A stretch of 63,315 nt of DNA, the filler included, from Chiloscyllium plagiosum (lineage: Eukaryota), in NCBI RefSeq assembly GCF_004010195.1. It is 4 parts of one record of this genome, joined end to end, with 100 filler letters (N's around TTAATTAATTAA, not from the genome) between each part and the next. Parts side by side here need not be neighbours in the genome. Positions count along the whole stretch, not along the records: positions 1 to 12,118 come from NC_057712.1; 3 more parts are not named here. One strand, given 5' to 3'. The position numbers were made by a program, and so were the translations under genes. This document shows, in pieces, positions 1 through 11,751 of this stretch; positions within the stretch are counted from its first letter, which is position 1, and the number at the start of each line of letters is the position of its first letter. The notes beneath the pieces were generated by a model, which made no database searches, was not told where the DNA came from, and saw only the letters and a list, made by a program, of their open reading frames with translations.

Positions 1-460
1 TGTGTGTCTGGGTGAGTGTGAGTTGATGACCCAGTCTGGGAGAGAAGCTGCTGTCAGGGCCTCCCTGAGGCCAGTAACTTGTGATTGTGTCGGAGTGCTC
101 GGACAGCCGCCTGGTGCTCCCCCCTCTCTCCCTCTCCTCTCCCTCTCCCTCTCCCTCTCTCTCTCTCTCTCCCTCTCCCCTCCCTCTCCCTCTCACTGCG
201 AGCTCGAACTTCTCCGCTTCCTTTTATTGTTGTTGCACAACATTATTCACATTCTCCGCCGAGCAAAAATAAAATGTATTGCTGGCCAGCAGAAGGGATT
301 AATGGATCCTCACGGCCTTCTGTCATTGCATCTCATTCCGCATCCAGCAGAGACTAATACAAACAAACACCTTGCTTAAAAGTTATTAATTAGACAATTT
401 CTCCAAAAATGGACCGTTTATTTTTGTAGCTTATGTGCTTTGGATGAATGTGCGCTTGTG
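1..460. promoter_or_regulatory. Possible promoter / first-exon / intron-1 region of an unidentified host gene
   Basis: No recognisable TE; more CpGs than the surrounding DNA; CT-rich tract at 118-195; GTGAGT donor-like sites at 12 and 458; no recognisable protein. Confidence 0.3.
118..195. repeat. Polypyrimidine (CT/CCCTCT) microsatellite
   Basis: Read directly: ctccctctccctctccctctctctctctctctccctctcc. Confidence 0.9.
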
Positions 461-966
461 AGTGGGGAGTATGCATGGTGGTGTAAAGCAGGAAAGCTGA
501 ACTGCTGGAGACTAGTCCCTGACAGGAACATCATGTCACTGAGTTTTGTCATTGACGTCAGTGTGTACCAGATCACAGATTGGCACCTCATGATGCTACA
601 GAGCAACAGATAGACTTGACAGATAACGTGGGAACAGACCGGGGTAGGCCACTCCTCTGTGGTTGCTGAAGAATTAGACTGTGCAAACTTTCAGTTTCTG
701 TTGCTTGCTGCCAGACCCCATGCTCAATTGTAATTACCTGTGAAGATCGAAGATGTAGCATGTTCCTGTATCAACAACTTTTCACTCATATCCACAAGTT
801 GGTACACTTGGGGAGTTAAGACCAGCTAGGGACTTACAGTGGAATGGCTTCAACAGCAGAGATAATTCACCCAGGACATGTAGACAGACCTGAGCTCCCA
901 CTTCAAAGTCACACATTCTGTACTAAATAGATTTCTACTATACATTCTTTCACCCACATTTACAAA

Positions 967-2476
967 AATAGAAAATAGCAGCAGGAGGAGGCCAATCAGC
1001 CCTTCAAACCTGCTCCACCATTCAATATGACAATGGCTGATCATCCAACTCTGTACCCTGTTCCTGCTTTCTCCCCCAATACCCTTTGATTCCCTTAGCC
1101 CCAAGAACTATATCTAACTCCTTCTTGAAAATATTCAATGTTTTGGCCTCAACCACTTTCTTTGAGAGAATTCCACAGGCTCCCCACTCTCTGGGTGAAG
1201 ACATTTCTCCTCATCTCAATCCCTATGACCTCCACCATGTCCTTAGACCGTGACCCAGGTTCTGAACTTCGCATGTTTACCCTGTCTCGTCCTGAAGATT
1301 TTTTTTCTGGCTTCTAAGGGAAGCTTCCTCATTTTACTAAACTGTAGTGAATATAGTCTAAGTGAAACAAATAAAAAAATGGCTACAAAAACTTAGCAGG
1401 TCTACCAGCATTTATGGAGAGAAAACAAAGTTAATGTTTTGAGTCTCATCGCTCTCTCAGAACCAGATCATCTGATCTTAACTAATCCAATTAGTCTTTG
1501 TGCATCTGCCATCCAAGGAATCAGTCTGGTAACCCTTCATTGCACTCCCTCCATTGCCAGAACATCATTCCTCAGATAAGGAGGCCAAAACTGCACACGG
1601 TACTTCAGGTGTGATCTTACCAAGGCCTTGTATAAAGATACCTGGGACACCCAGGTATCTTTCCACCTTTCCATTTTGTAATGTATCACCTTTCAGATAA
1701 TAACTTGTCTTCTTCCTTTTGCAATCAAAGTGTATGCCCTCACATTTATCAGTCTCATATTGCATCTGCCAAGCATTTGCACACTCACTAACTTATCTAA
1801 TTCACACTGAAATTTCTGGATCCTCCTCACAGTTCACCCTCCCACCCAGCTTTGTGCCATCTGCAGAGTTGGAGATATTACATTTAGTTCCCTCACCTTA
1901 ATATTTATTGTAAACAGCTGGGCTCCCTGTGGTACCCAACTACTACCGCTTGCCACTTGAAAAATGACAATCAGGATGCTGGAGGAACACAGCAAGTCAC
2001 TGCAGCATCGGGAGGTGGAGAAGTCAATGCTTTGAGTGTAACTCTTCTTCAGGAATGTCTTGAACTCGAAAAATGATCTTTTTATTCCAATTCTGTTTCC
2101 TGTCTGTCAACCAGTTCTCTCTCCATTTCAGTACGTTTCTCCCAATTTCATGTGCTTTAAATTTGCATGTTATTCTCTTCGGTGGGAACTTATCAAAAGC
2201 CTTCTGAAAGTCCAAGTGAACCATATTCCTTGAATTCCCCCTTATCAACTCTACCTGTTGAAATTTCCAGCAGATTTGTCAAGCACCATTTCCCTTTTGT
2301 AAATCCCTGCTGACTCTATCCAATCCTATCACTGTTTTCCAAAAACTCTGCTATTACATTCTTTTTAATGGATTCTAGGATTTCTCTGCTATTGTTGTCA
2401 GGATAACTGGTCTGTAATTTTCTGTTTTCATTTTACCTCCTTTTTTAAAATAGAATTACATTAGCTACCACCCAAT
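967..2476 (-). mobile_element. CR1 LINE, degraded RT and 3' UTR
   Basis: Minus-strand peptides LDFQKAFDKFP...WRENWLTDRKQ and VVEAKTLNIFKKELD; CR1-type 3' UTR at the left; short PLE-terminus fragments inserted near 1370-1465 and 1972-2057. Confidence 0.85.
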
Positions 2477-2735
2477 TTAATAGATAACTGTACAGCTGTG
2501 TTATGATATAATTGCATCTATCAATGGTGAACCATCTCCAGGAGCAGGTTAGTATACATATGGCATAACAAGTTTACATAGGCAGTTTTTATTATATTTG
2601 CAAATAGGATGTAAGATTTTCAATATATGGTTGTAGTCATATGGTAAAGGAGTGGTAGCATTGGTCCAAGGTCTTCCCAGTTGAAAATATAGAGGAACAA
2701 TTGTGAGATACGTATTGCTGTTATCTGCCCTACAT

Positions 2736-3288
2736 GGTTTGGTTTGATTTGAGTTATTATTGTCACATGTCCCGAGATACAGTGAAAAGTTCTGTTTTGC
2801 ATGCAGTTCAGGTAGATCATACCATACAAAGATCATAGGGTGATAGAACAGAGTGAGAAACACAAAGTTACAGCTGTAAAGAAGCTTCACAAAAGCAAGA
2901 TCAACATTAGATTTGACGTTTGAGAGGTCCATTTAGAAGTCTAATAACAAAGGAGAACCTCTTGAACCTGTTGATACAAGTGTTTAAGCTTTTATAGCTC
3001 CTGCCTGAGGGAAGAGGTGAAATAGAATATAACTGGGGTGGGGGCGGGCGGAGTCTTTGATGATGTTGGCTGCCTTTCTGAGGCAATGAGAAGTACAGAT
3101 GGAGTCAGTGGATGGAAGGTTGGCTTACCTGATGGACTGGGCTGTGTTCACAACTCTCTGTAGTTTCTTATGATCCTGGGCAGAGCAGTTGCCGTACCAG
3201 GCAGTGATGCATCCACAGAGAATGCATTATGTGGTGCAAGTATAAAAGTTGCTGACAGTCCTTATCGACATATCGAATTTCCTTAGTC
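2736..3288 (-). mobile_element. Rex1/Babar-type LINE 3' fragment
   Basis: Similar to 6064-6600 and 12630-13030; (GGTTT)-like tail at the left end. Confidence 0.7.
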
Positions 3289-3299
3289 AGAATTTCCAA

Positions 3300-4255
3300 C
3301 AAGGATCCTACGGTGGGTGTTGCAGTGTTGTAGCGCTAAGTTTCATCAGTAAGACTTAATGAATCATCGCATCCCACAAGTCCAGATAAATGCCCAGCCA
3401 GTCATCCATTTACTCCTTAAGGTCCAAGACCTGGAGAAACAGAATTGGAATTGGAGTAGTGGATATACAAGTCCAATGCTGCAATGAAGTCAGAGTGTTG
3501 GGATAACTCAACGAGTAACTATTTCTTCAATCCTTGATGAGTGTCACTCTGTTCTTAGCTCTTATTGGGCTATGTCCTTGGGTACATTGGGGTAAGTCCT
3601 TGGGTACATTGGCTGAAGATGGTCCTGATTTCACTGAAGCATTTGCATATGTCATGGCTGCTGACATATTGGTAGATTTCTTGCTTTCTTCCTTTCTTGC
3701 TTTCTGTTCTTTAGGTCCTTTAGATTTTTTTGTTGGACCTTAGCTGTCAACCTGCTTTTTTTTCCCCTCGAGTTACAGTGGTTCTTCAATTCAGGAACTC
3801 CTTGTGCTAACAATTTAATAGCTTCCGGGTCTCTTGGCCATTCTGATCAAACCAGTGTTGATGCTTTCCCATAGGGAAACCTGTAGTCTCCTTGAAGATG
3901 CTGTTGATGCTGGACTGAAGGACAGGTCAGGTGCTGTGGATATGTTGTGGATCCTGGTCTTTGGAGCATACCAGGCTGGCTGTGAGGCACTGACTGATTA
4001 GATCTTTCTTTGCAGGGTTCTTAAATACTTCGACATTGCACTTCTTGCTGCAATGCTTCTGCTGGCCCTGTTGTTTTGGAACCATGTTGATGAAAATGGT
4101 AGATGGTTTTATGTGATACTTGGTTTTCAGACCCTATATTAGCCCAGGCAGTCCAAATATCCTCGCAGTGCCTGACTCAGATGTTGATGGACTTGAACAG
4201 GCTCTAATAGCCATGAAGTCTTCTATTTATCTCTCTGATGAAATCGGGTGATTGT
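3300..4255 (-). mobile_element. RTE-clade LINE ORF2 remnant (region between endonuclease and RT)
   Basis: Minus-strand translation gives KHQHWFDQNGQETRKLL, resembling the RTE KHQDWFDEND motif; many stops and frameshifts. Confidence 0.6.
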
Positions 4256-4258
4256 TAT

Positions 4259-6062
4259 TAGAACATAGAACAGTACAGCACAGAACAGGCCCTTCAGCCT
4301 ACGATGTTGTGCCGACCACTGATCCTCATGTATGTACCCTCAAATTTCTGTGACCATATGCATGTCCAGGAGTCTCTTAAATGTACCCAATGACCATGCT
4401 TCCACAACTGCTGCTGGCAACGTATTCCATGCTCTCACAAATCTCTGTGTCAAGAACCCACCCCTGACAGCACCTCGATACCTTACTCCAACCAGCTTAA
4501 AACTATGACCCCTCATGTTAGTCATTTCTGCCCTGGGAAATAGTCTCTGGCTATCGACTCTATCTATGCCTCTCATTATCTTGTGTACCTTAATTAGGTC
4601 CCCTCTCCTCCTTTTCTCCAATGAAAAAAGTCCGAGCTCAGTCAACCTCTCTTCATAAGATAAGCCNNNNNNNNNNNNNNNNNNNNNNNNNNNNNNNNNN
4701 NNNNNNNNNNNNNNNNNNNNNNNNNNNNNNNNNNNNNNNNNNNNNNNNNNNNNNNNNNNNNNNNNNNNNNNNNNNNNNNNNNNNNNNNNNNNNNNNNNNN
4801 NNNNNNNNNNNNNNNNNNNNNNNNNNNNNNNNNNNNNNNNNNNNNNNNNNNNNNNNNNNNNNNNNNNNNNNNNNNNNNNNNNNNNNNNNNNNNNNNNNNN
4901 NNNNNNNNNNNNNNNNNNNNNNNNNNNNNNNNNNNNNNNNNNNNNNNNNNNNNNNNNNNNNNNNNNNNNNNNNNNNNNNNNNNNNNNNNNNNNNNNNNNN
5001 NNNNNNNNNNNNNNNNNNNNNNNNNNNNNNNNNNNNNNNNNNNNNNNNNNNNNNNNNNNNNNNNNNNNNNNNNNNNNNNNNNNNNNNNNNNNNNNNNNNN
5101 NNNNNNNNNNNNNNNNNNNNNNNNNNNNNNNNNNNNNNNNNNNNNNNNNNNNNNNNNNNNNNNNNNNNNNNNNNNNNNNNNNNNNNNNNNNNNNNNNNNN
5201 NNNNNNNNNNNNNNNNNNNNNNNNNNNNNNNNNNNNNNNNNNNNNNNNNNNNNNNNNNNNNNNNNNNNNNNNNNNNNNNNNNNNNNNNNNNNNNNNNNNN
5301 NNNNNNNNNNNNNNNNNNNNNNNNNNNNNNNNNNNNNNNNNNNNNNNNNNNNNNNNNNNNNNNNNNNNNNNNNNNNNNNNNNNNNNNNNNNNNNNNNNNN
5401 NNNNNNNNNNNNNNNNNNNNNNNNNNNNNNNNNNNNNNNNNNNNNNNNNNNNNNNNNNNNNNNNNNNNNNNNNNNNNNNNNNNNNNNNNNNNNNNNNNNN
5501 NNNNNNNNNNNNNNNNNNNNNNNNNNNNNNNNNNNNNNNNNNNNNNNNNNNNNNNNNNNNNNNNNNNNNNNNNNNNNNNNNNNNNNNNNNNNNNNNNNNN
5601 NNNNNNNNNNNNNNNNNNNNNNNNNNNNNNNNNNNNNNNNNNNNNNNNNNNNNAAAAAACTCATTTAGGGCTTCCCCTACCTCCTCAGACTCTACACATA
5701 AGTTCCCTATGCTATCCCTGATCGCCCCTACTCTTTCTTTGCTCATTGTCTTACTCCTCACATACGTGTAAAATGTCTTTGGATTCTCTCTAATCCTTCC
5801 TGTCAACCCTTTTTCGTGCCCCCTCGTGGCTCTCCTCAGGCCATTTTTGAGCTCCAACCTCGCCTGCCTGTAATCCTCTCGAGCTGACCAACACCCTTGC
5901 TTCCTCCATCTTACGTAATCTGCCTTCTTTCTTTTGAAAAGAAGCTCCTCCGCTCTCTTCATCCAAGGTTCCTTTATCTTACCCCTTCTTGCCTGTCGCA
6001 GAGGGACATATTTATTCATCACTTGCAACAACTGTTCCTTAAACAGTCTCTACATGTCTATA
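4259..6062 (-). mobile_element. CR1 LINE ORF2 and 3' end, interrupted by gap 4667-5653
   Basis: KEPWMKR...ENPKTFYTYVRSK and GLSYEERLTELGLFSLEKRR...VRAWNTLP; (TAGAACA)n tail at 4259. Confidence 0.9.
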
Positions 6063-6063
6063 G

Positions 6064-7565
6064 TGATTGATTTATCATTGTCACATGTACCGAGATACAG
6101 CAATGTGTTGTTTTGCATGCTATATTGGTAGCTCATACCATACAAAGTGCATCATATTAGCAGAGCAGAGTGCAGAATACAGTGCAGAGAACGTGCAAAG
6201 AGAGAGATCAACATGAACATCAGAGAGGTCCCGTTTAAAAGTCTGATAACAGTGGCGAAGAATCTGTTGGTATGTGTATTCAAAGCGTTATGGCTTCTGT
6301 CCAACAGAAGAGGGTAGAAAAGAGTATAACCGAGGTGGGAGGGGTCTTTGATGATGTTGGTTGCTTTCCCAAGGCAGCGGTAAATGTAGATGAAGTCAAT
6401 GGATGGAAGATTGCTGTGTGTGATGGACTGGGCTGTGTTCACCACTCTCTGTAGTTTCTTGCAGTCTTGAGAACAGCAATTGTCTTACCACACTGTGATG
6501 CACCTGGGTAAGGTACTTTCTATGGTGCATCTATAAACATTTGTAAGAGTCCTTGTGGACGTAAGAGCTTCCTTAGCCTCCCGACGTTGTTGACTGCCAA
6601 GTTGATATGGATGGACTAGGACAGATTAGTAATTGCCACTCCCAGGAACTTGACGCTTTCGACCATCTCCACCTCAGCCTTTGATACATTCAGGGGTGTG
6701 CCCTCCACTCCACTCCACTTCCTGATGTCAGTGAGCACCTCCTTTGTTTTGCTGATGTTGATGGAGGGGTTGTTGTCACCAAGCACTCAATCTCTTTCCT
6801 GGATTCTGTCTCACCATTATTCAAGATCTGACCTATAATGGTGATGTCATCAGCAAACTTGTAAATGGAGTTGGGGTGGAATTTGACCACACAGTCATGA
6901 GTCTATAAGGAGTGTAGTAGGCACCTAAGTACGCAGCCTTGTGTTGAGGCTTATGCTGGAGGAGGTGTTGTTGCCTAACCTTACTGATTGAGCAGCAAGT
7001 CGAGGATCCAATTTCAGATGCATGACACTGTCATCTTTTGCTATAAATTCTGTGTCTAATGATCATCTTCCAAAGCTACCCGATGAAGTCCTACTGCTTC
7101 CAAATGAACCTATTGGACTATAACCTGGTGATGTGTGATTTTTAACTTGATCTAAAGTCAGTTAGCAGCAGTGATTGTGGGTACAGGTGCACCTGAGGCT
7201 GTTGGGATAAGTGACATCGTTTCCCTGACCTTCTGCTCAATGTGAGGATAGAACGCATTGACCTTGTTGCCTGTGATTCTGTTTGACTTGGCTCTGTAGC
7301 GCGTTATGTCGTGTAAGCCTTGCCATAAATGATGGGTGTCCATGTGGTTGGTCTGGGTCTCAAGCTCATTGTCTGTTGGCATCCCTGATGGTCGAACCTG
7401 GATTTCCTGTGTAACTCAGGGTTGCATGAATTGTACCTCTCAGCCCTGAACTTTGGTGGGGAGTGGATTTGCCAGTTCATCCATGGTTTCCAGTTGAGGA
7501 ACACCCTGATTTACTTCTTCGGGACGCAGGCTCTATACATTTACTGATGAAGTCTGTGATGGTAA
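6064..7565 (-). mobile_element. Rex1/Babar-type LINE ORF2 remnant
   Basis: YKFADDITIIGQILNNGETESRKEIECLV (RT FADD motif) and VNTAQSITHSNLPSID; interrupted by a PLE family-B fragment at about 7020-7150. Confidence 0.75.
7020..7150 (+). mobile_element. PLE family-B terminal repeat fragment with decayed hammerhead
   Basis: Matches 32300-32410 and 32795-32835; core reduced to CCGATGA with stem II deleted. Confidence 0.6.
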
Positions 7566-7819
7566 TGGCATTCTTGTTTATGTTGGCTGTTGACCAGACC
7601 ATGTATGAGGCATTTTTTCGGAGGAGAGCTCCATTGGTATTTACTTTTACAATACCTTCCCTGTCAATTATGTGTTTCCACACAAGGCTTTGTAACCCTC
7701 CCAAGTCTGGCAGGGAAATCACTGAGGTGGATCATCTTGTCTCCATTTGGGACATGGGACAGTGACTGATCAGCATTGGATTAGAGTTATTCTTTGGCCC
7801 TATGTGTTGCTTCCAGATT

Positions 7820-8130
7820 TCAGGTTTACACAAGCTGTGATCCTCACCCTCAGGTCTACGACAGATAGATCCAGAAAGTATGTAAACTGGGGGAAAGCAT
7901 GTGTCATTGTATTCATGCTCTTCTTCATCTTCCTCATTGGAACACTCCACCTCATTTACACGGAGCTCTCTGCTGGATGCAAGGGGAACTGTTCAACATT
8001 CAGTCAGTACCAAAACCACCCAACCGACTGACATCTGTCATCAAACTGCAGTATGGAGACAACACTTGTGTGTGTGCATGCCCAGACACTGAGTTCCAAG
8101 CCATCATTGACACATTCACAGAGACACATT
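7820..8130 (+). mobile_element. RTE-clade LINE RT fragment
   Basis: LFFIFLIGTLHLI...GELFNI...VIKLQYGDNTCVCACPDTEFQAIIDTF (decayed YADD motif). Confidence 0.7.
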
Positions 8131-9525
8131 CTACTGGCCTTGGCTAAACTTCCAAGTTGGCTGAACTGGTCCTCACCCTCAACAATTTCTCCTTTGAATC
8201 CTCCCACTTCCTCCAGACCAAAGGGGTACCCATGGGCACCAATATGGGCTCCAGCTATCCCTGTCTCTTTGTTAGCTATGTAGAACAGTCTATCTTCCGT
8301 AGTTACACNNNNNNNNNNNNNNNNNNNNNNNNNNNNNNNNNNNNNNNNNNNNNNNNNNNNNNNNNNNNNNNNNNNNNNNNNNNNNNNNNNNNNNNNNNNN
8401 NNNNNNNNNNNNNNNNNNNNNNNNNNNNNNNNNNNNNNNNNNNNNNNNNNNNNNNNNNNNNNNNNNNNNNNNNNNNNNNNNNNNNNNNNNNNNNNNNNNN
8501 NNNNNNNNNNNNNNNNNNNNNNNNNNNNNNNNNNNNNNNNNNNNNNNNNNNNNNNNNNNNNNNNNNNNNNNNNNNNNNNNNNNNNNNNNNNNNNNNNNNN
8601 NNNNNNNNNNNNNNNNNNNNNNNNNNNNNNNNNNNNNNNNNNNNNNNNNNNNNNNNNNNNNNNNNNNNNNNNNNNNNNNNNNNNNNNNNNNNNNNNNNNN
8701 NNNNNNNNNNNNNNNNNNNNNNNNNNNNNNNNNNNNNNNNNNNNNNNNNNNNNNNNNNNNNNNNNNNNNNNNNNNNNNNNNNNNNNNNNNNNNNNNNNNN
8801 NNNNNNNNNNNNNNNNNNNNNNNNNNNNNNNNNNNNNNNNNNNNNNNNNNNNNNNNNNNATCCAAGCCCCCAGAGGAGCCTTCCACATCCATCAAAGTTT
8901 TACCCTGCACATCCACCAATGTCATTTATTGTATCCGTTGCTCCCAATGCGGTCTCCTCTACATTGGGGAGACTGGACGCCTCCTAGCAGAGCGCTTCAG
9001 GGAACATCTCCGGGACACCTGCACCAATCAACCAAACCGCTCCGTGGCCCAACGTTTCAACTCTCCCTCCCACTCTGCTGAGGACATGCAGGTCCTGGGC
9101 CTCCTCCACCACCACTCCCTCACCACCTGACGCCTGGAGGAAGGTCTCATCTTCGGCTTTGGAACACTTGAACCCCAGGGCATCAATGTGGACTTCACCA
9201 GTTTCCTCATTTCCCCTTCCCCCACCTTACTCAAGTTCCAACCTTCAAGCTCAGCACTGTCTTCATGACCTGTCCTACCTGCCAATCTCCCTTCCGACCA
9301 ATCTGCTCCACCCTCCCCTCTGACCTATCACCTCCATCCCCACCCCATTCACCTATTGTACTCTTTGCTACCTTGTCCCCAGCCCCACCCCTCTCCCATT
9401 TATCTCCCCACTCTGCAGACTCCCTGCCTCTATTCCTGATGAAGGGCTTTTGCCCGAAACATCGCTTTTCCTGATCCTCGGATGCTGCCTGACCTGCTGT
9501 GCTTTTCCAGCACCACTCTGATCTA
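8131..9525 (+). mobile_element. Penelope-like element family A (probably Neptune-type): RT, GIY-YIG endonuclease and terminal repeat; gap 8309-8859
   Basis: RT peptide LVLTLNNFSFESSHFLQTKGVPMGTNMG; endonuclease TSTNVIYCIRCSQCGLLYIGETGR...FREHL; 3' terminus contains a hammerhead motif. Confidence 0.9.
9436..9463 (+). ncRNA. Minimal type-I hammerhead ribozyme motif (PLE family A)
   Basis: CTGATGA-AGGGC TTTT GCCC-GAAA-CA-TC; ACAT is a likely CpG-decay of the ACGT palindrome. Confidence 0.8.
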
Positions 9526-9652
9526 AATTTCCAGAAGTCAAAGGTTTGATCCTCTTTTGTTCCCACTGTGCAACACTACCCCTCCCCCCTCCCCACCGAC
9601 TATGAAAATAGTCACATAGCCCCAGTTAGCCACTGGATCATGTAGATACACT

Positions 9653-9800
9653 ATTTTTATTCACTCTTGGACATGGACTTTGCTGGCTGGGCCAGTATTT
9701 ATTGCCCGTCCCTAATTGCCCCTTGAGAAGGTGGGGGTGGTGAACTGTCTTCTTGAAGTCTACCTTGCTGTAGGTAGCCCCACAATACTCCTGTGGGCAG
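9653..9800 (-). mobile_element. 3' end of L2/CR1-clade LINE (tail shared with Deu-domain SINEs)
   Basis: Reverse complement reads gggcaattagggacgggcaataaatactggcccagccagc, matching 55945-56015 (+) and 36070-36150 (-). Confidence 0.6.
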
Positions 9801-9954
9801 AATTCTCTTTCCTTTGGGAGCCTCCTTTCAGTCAGGACAGACATTAGTGATGAACTTTAACGCTAACTCCAGCACAACATTCGGCTGTCTGTGACAAAGA
9901 GTGTCGGATGATAAACTCATGCCTCTGGAGTATATGTAAACTGAAACATCCACT

Positions 9955-10406
9955 CACAGGTAGTCAGAGTGGGAAATAAGCTGTTTAGTACCCTTGCTTT
10001 TACTGGTCACTGCATTGAGTGTAGGAGTTGGGAGGTCATGTTGGGACTGGACAGGACATTGGTTAGGCCACAATTGGAATACTACACGCTTTTCTGGTCT
10101 CCCTGCTATAGAAATGATGTTGTTAAACTTGAAAGGATTCAGAAAAGATTTATCAGGATATTGCTGCGGTTGGAGAGTTTGAGCTATAGGGAGAAGCTGA
10201 ATAGGCTGGGGTTAATTTCTGTGGAGCGTTGAGGGCTGAGGGGTGACCTCATAGAGGTTTATGAAATCATGAGGGGCATGGATAGATAGATAGACAAGGT
10301 CTTTTTCCTGGGGTGGGGGAATTCCAGAACTAGAGGGCATAGGTTTGAGGTGAGAGGGTAAACATTTATAAGAGACCTAAGGGACAACTTTTTCAGGCAG
10401 AGAGTG

Positions 10407-10437
<31 letters not shown>

Positions 10438-10636
10438 GAATGAGCTGCCAAAGGAAATGGTGGAGGCTGGCAATTGTAACGTTTAAAAGGCATCTGGATG
10501 GGTATATGAATAGGAAGGGTTTAGAGGGATATGAGCCAAGTGCTGGTAAATGGGATTGGATTAGTTTAGGATATCTGGTCTGCATGGATGAGTTGGACCG
10601 AAGGGTCTGTTTCTGTGCTGTACATCTCTATAACTT
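9955..10636 (+). mobile_element. CR1 3' fragment with internal (TG)n
   Basis: LVRPQLEYYTLFWSPCYRNDVVKLERIQKRF; TG tract at about 10407-10435. Confidence 0.85.
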
Positions 10637-11751
10637 CCTGTTCGAATAGCAGTTTGCCTCCTGTGGCAGTGTGTCGATCCAGCAATGAACTGTTCCATCA
10701 CTTCAGGACCCATAATTCCAGAGCAGAGAAATGTCATCCTCGGCCCTAAAACAGTGTGTGAGGAGGAGGAGATTTCTTCAGTGTGCGCATAATGAAGTAA
10801 ACGGGGCTCGGCATCTTGAGCCAGACTCTTATTTGAAAGCATTTAACTGTGTATCTGGTTCAGTTGTGGTTTCAGTAAGGTCATGATTAACTTGTATTTG
10901 GTGCTTCACATTTTGGCCCATGTGTACGCACAGTTTGTTTAAAATTTCCTAAGTTTCACTGCGATTTTGGATTAAAGTCAAATCAAATATCAGGTGGCTT
11001 TATTCAGTCTATGAATTAATTCAGCAGAATTTGATCATGAGTTAGAGTTGGATGGGTTTCTTTGCGATAAGAATATTGCTGGTTTGCTGGTTACTGCACT
11101 GAAAGTAAAGTTAACATTTTCTTGATAATCAAAAATAAATTAGCCAATGTGTGTTCTTGTGAATTTAATCTGGTGCTTTTATTGTGACTTTGCATTTGAC
11201 TGCAGAATAACAACTGTTAGGATAAACATAACCATGACTCAGTACTTCAACCAGGAAAGAACATTATTTCTCTTTCTGTTTGTAAAGTTAACTTAAATGA
11301 ATCTAAATCTAATGATTACTTACTTAATATTTATTTGGAAATGGTTTTGTATGATGTTCATGACCAGACCCACAGCATAATAAATATCAACCACATTAAA
11401 GTTTGTCTATTATAAGGATTCCAAAATATTATGTTTTGCGCAAATTCTTACATAGAATTCTAAAATTCTGATGCCTGAAAATTGGTAATAAAGCTGTTGC
11501 AAAATTAATCAACATTTTAGAATATTGCAAGATTAAGATTGATTAGCAGTTGGAAGATAAAAAAACTAGTAAGTGTGAAATACTGTTGATTATTCAGGAA
11601 GGAAAATGTGTATTCCAATTTTACATTGAATGGGAGTCAAATTGAAATGATACCCAACTTATTACTTTCAATTCCTTGACAAGGTAACAATAGACTATAA
11701 AAAAAACATGAGAAATTGCAATCGATTCTACAGTGTATTAGCCAGGCTATA

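Noticed and set aside
2..379. 125-aa ORF with poly-(SL)
   Set aside because: Driven by the CT repeat, lacks an ATG start and shows no recognisable domain
4340..6031. 563-aa ORF and other long ORFs over 4667-5653 and 8309-8859
   Set aside because: Length comes from N runs; the real parts are CR1 or PLE sequence
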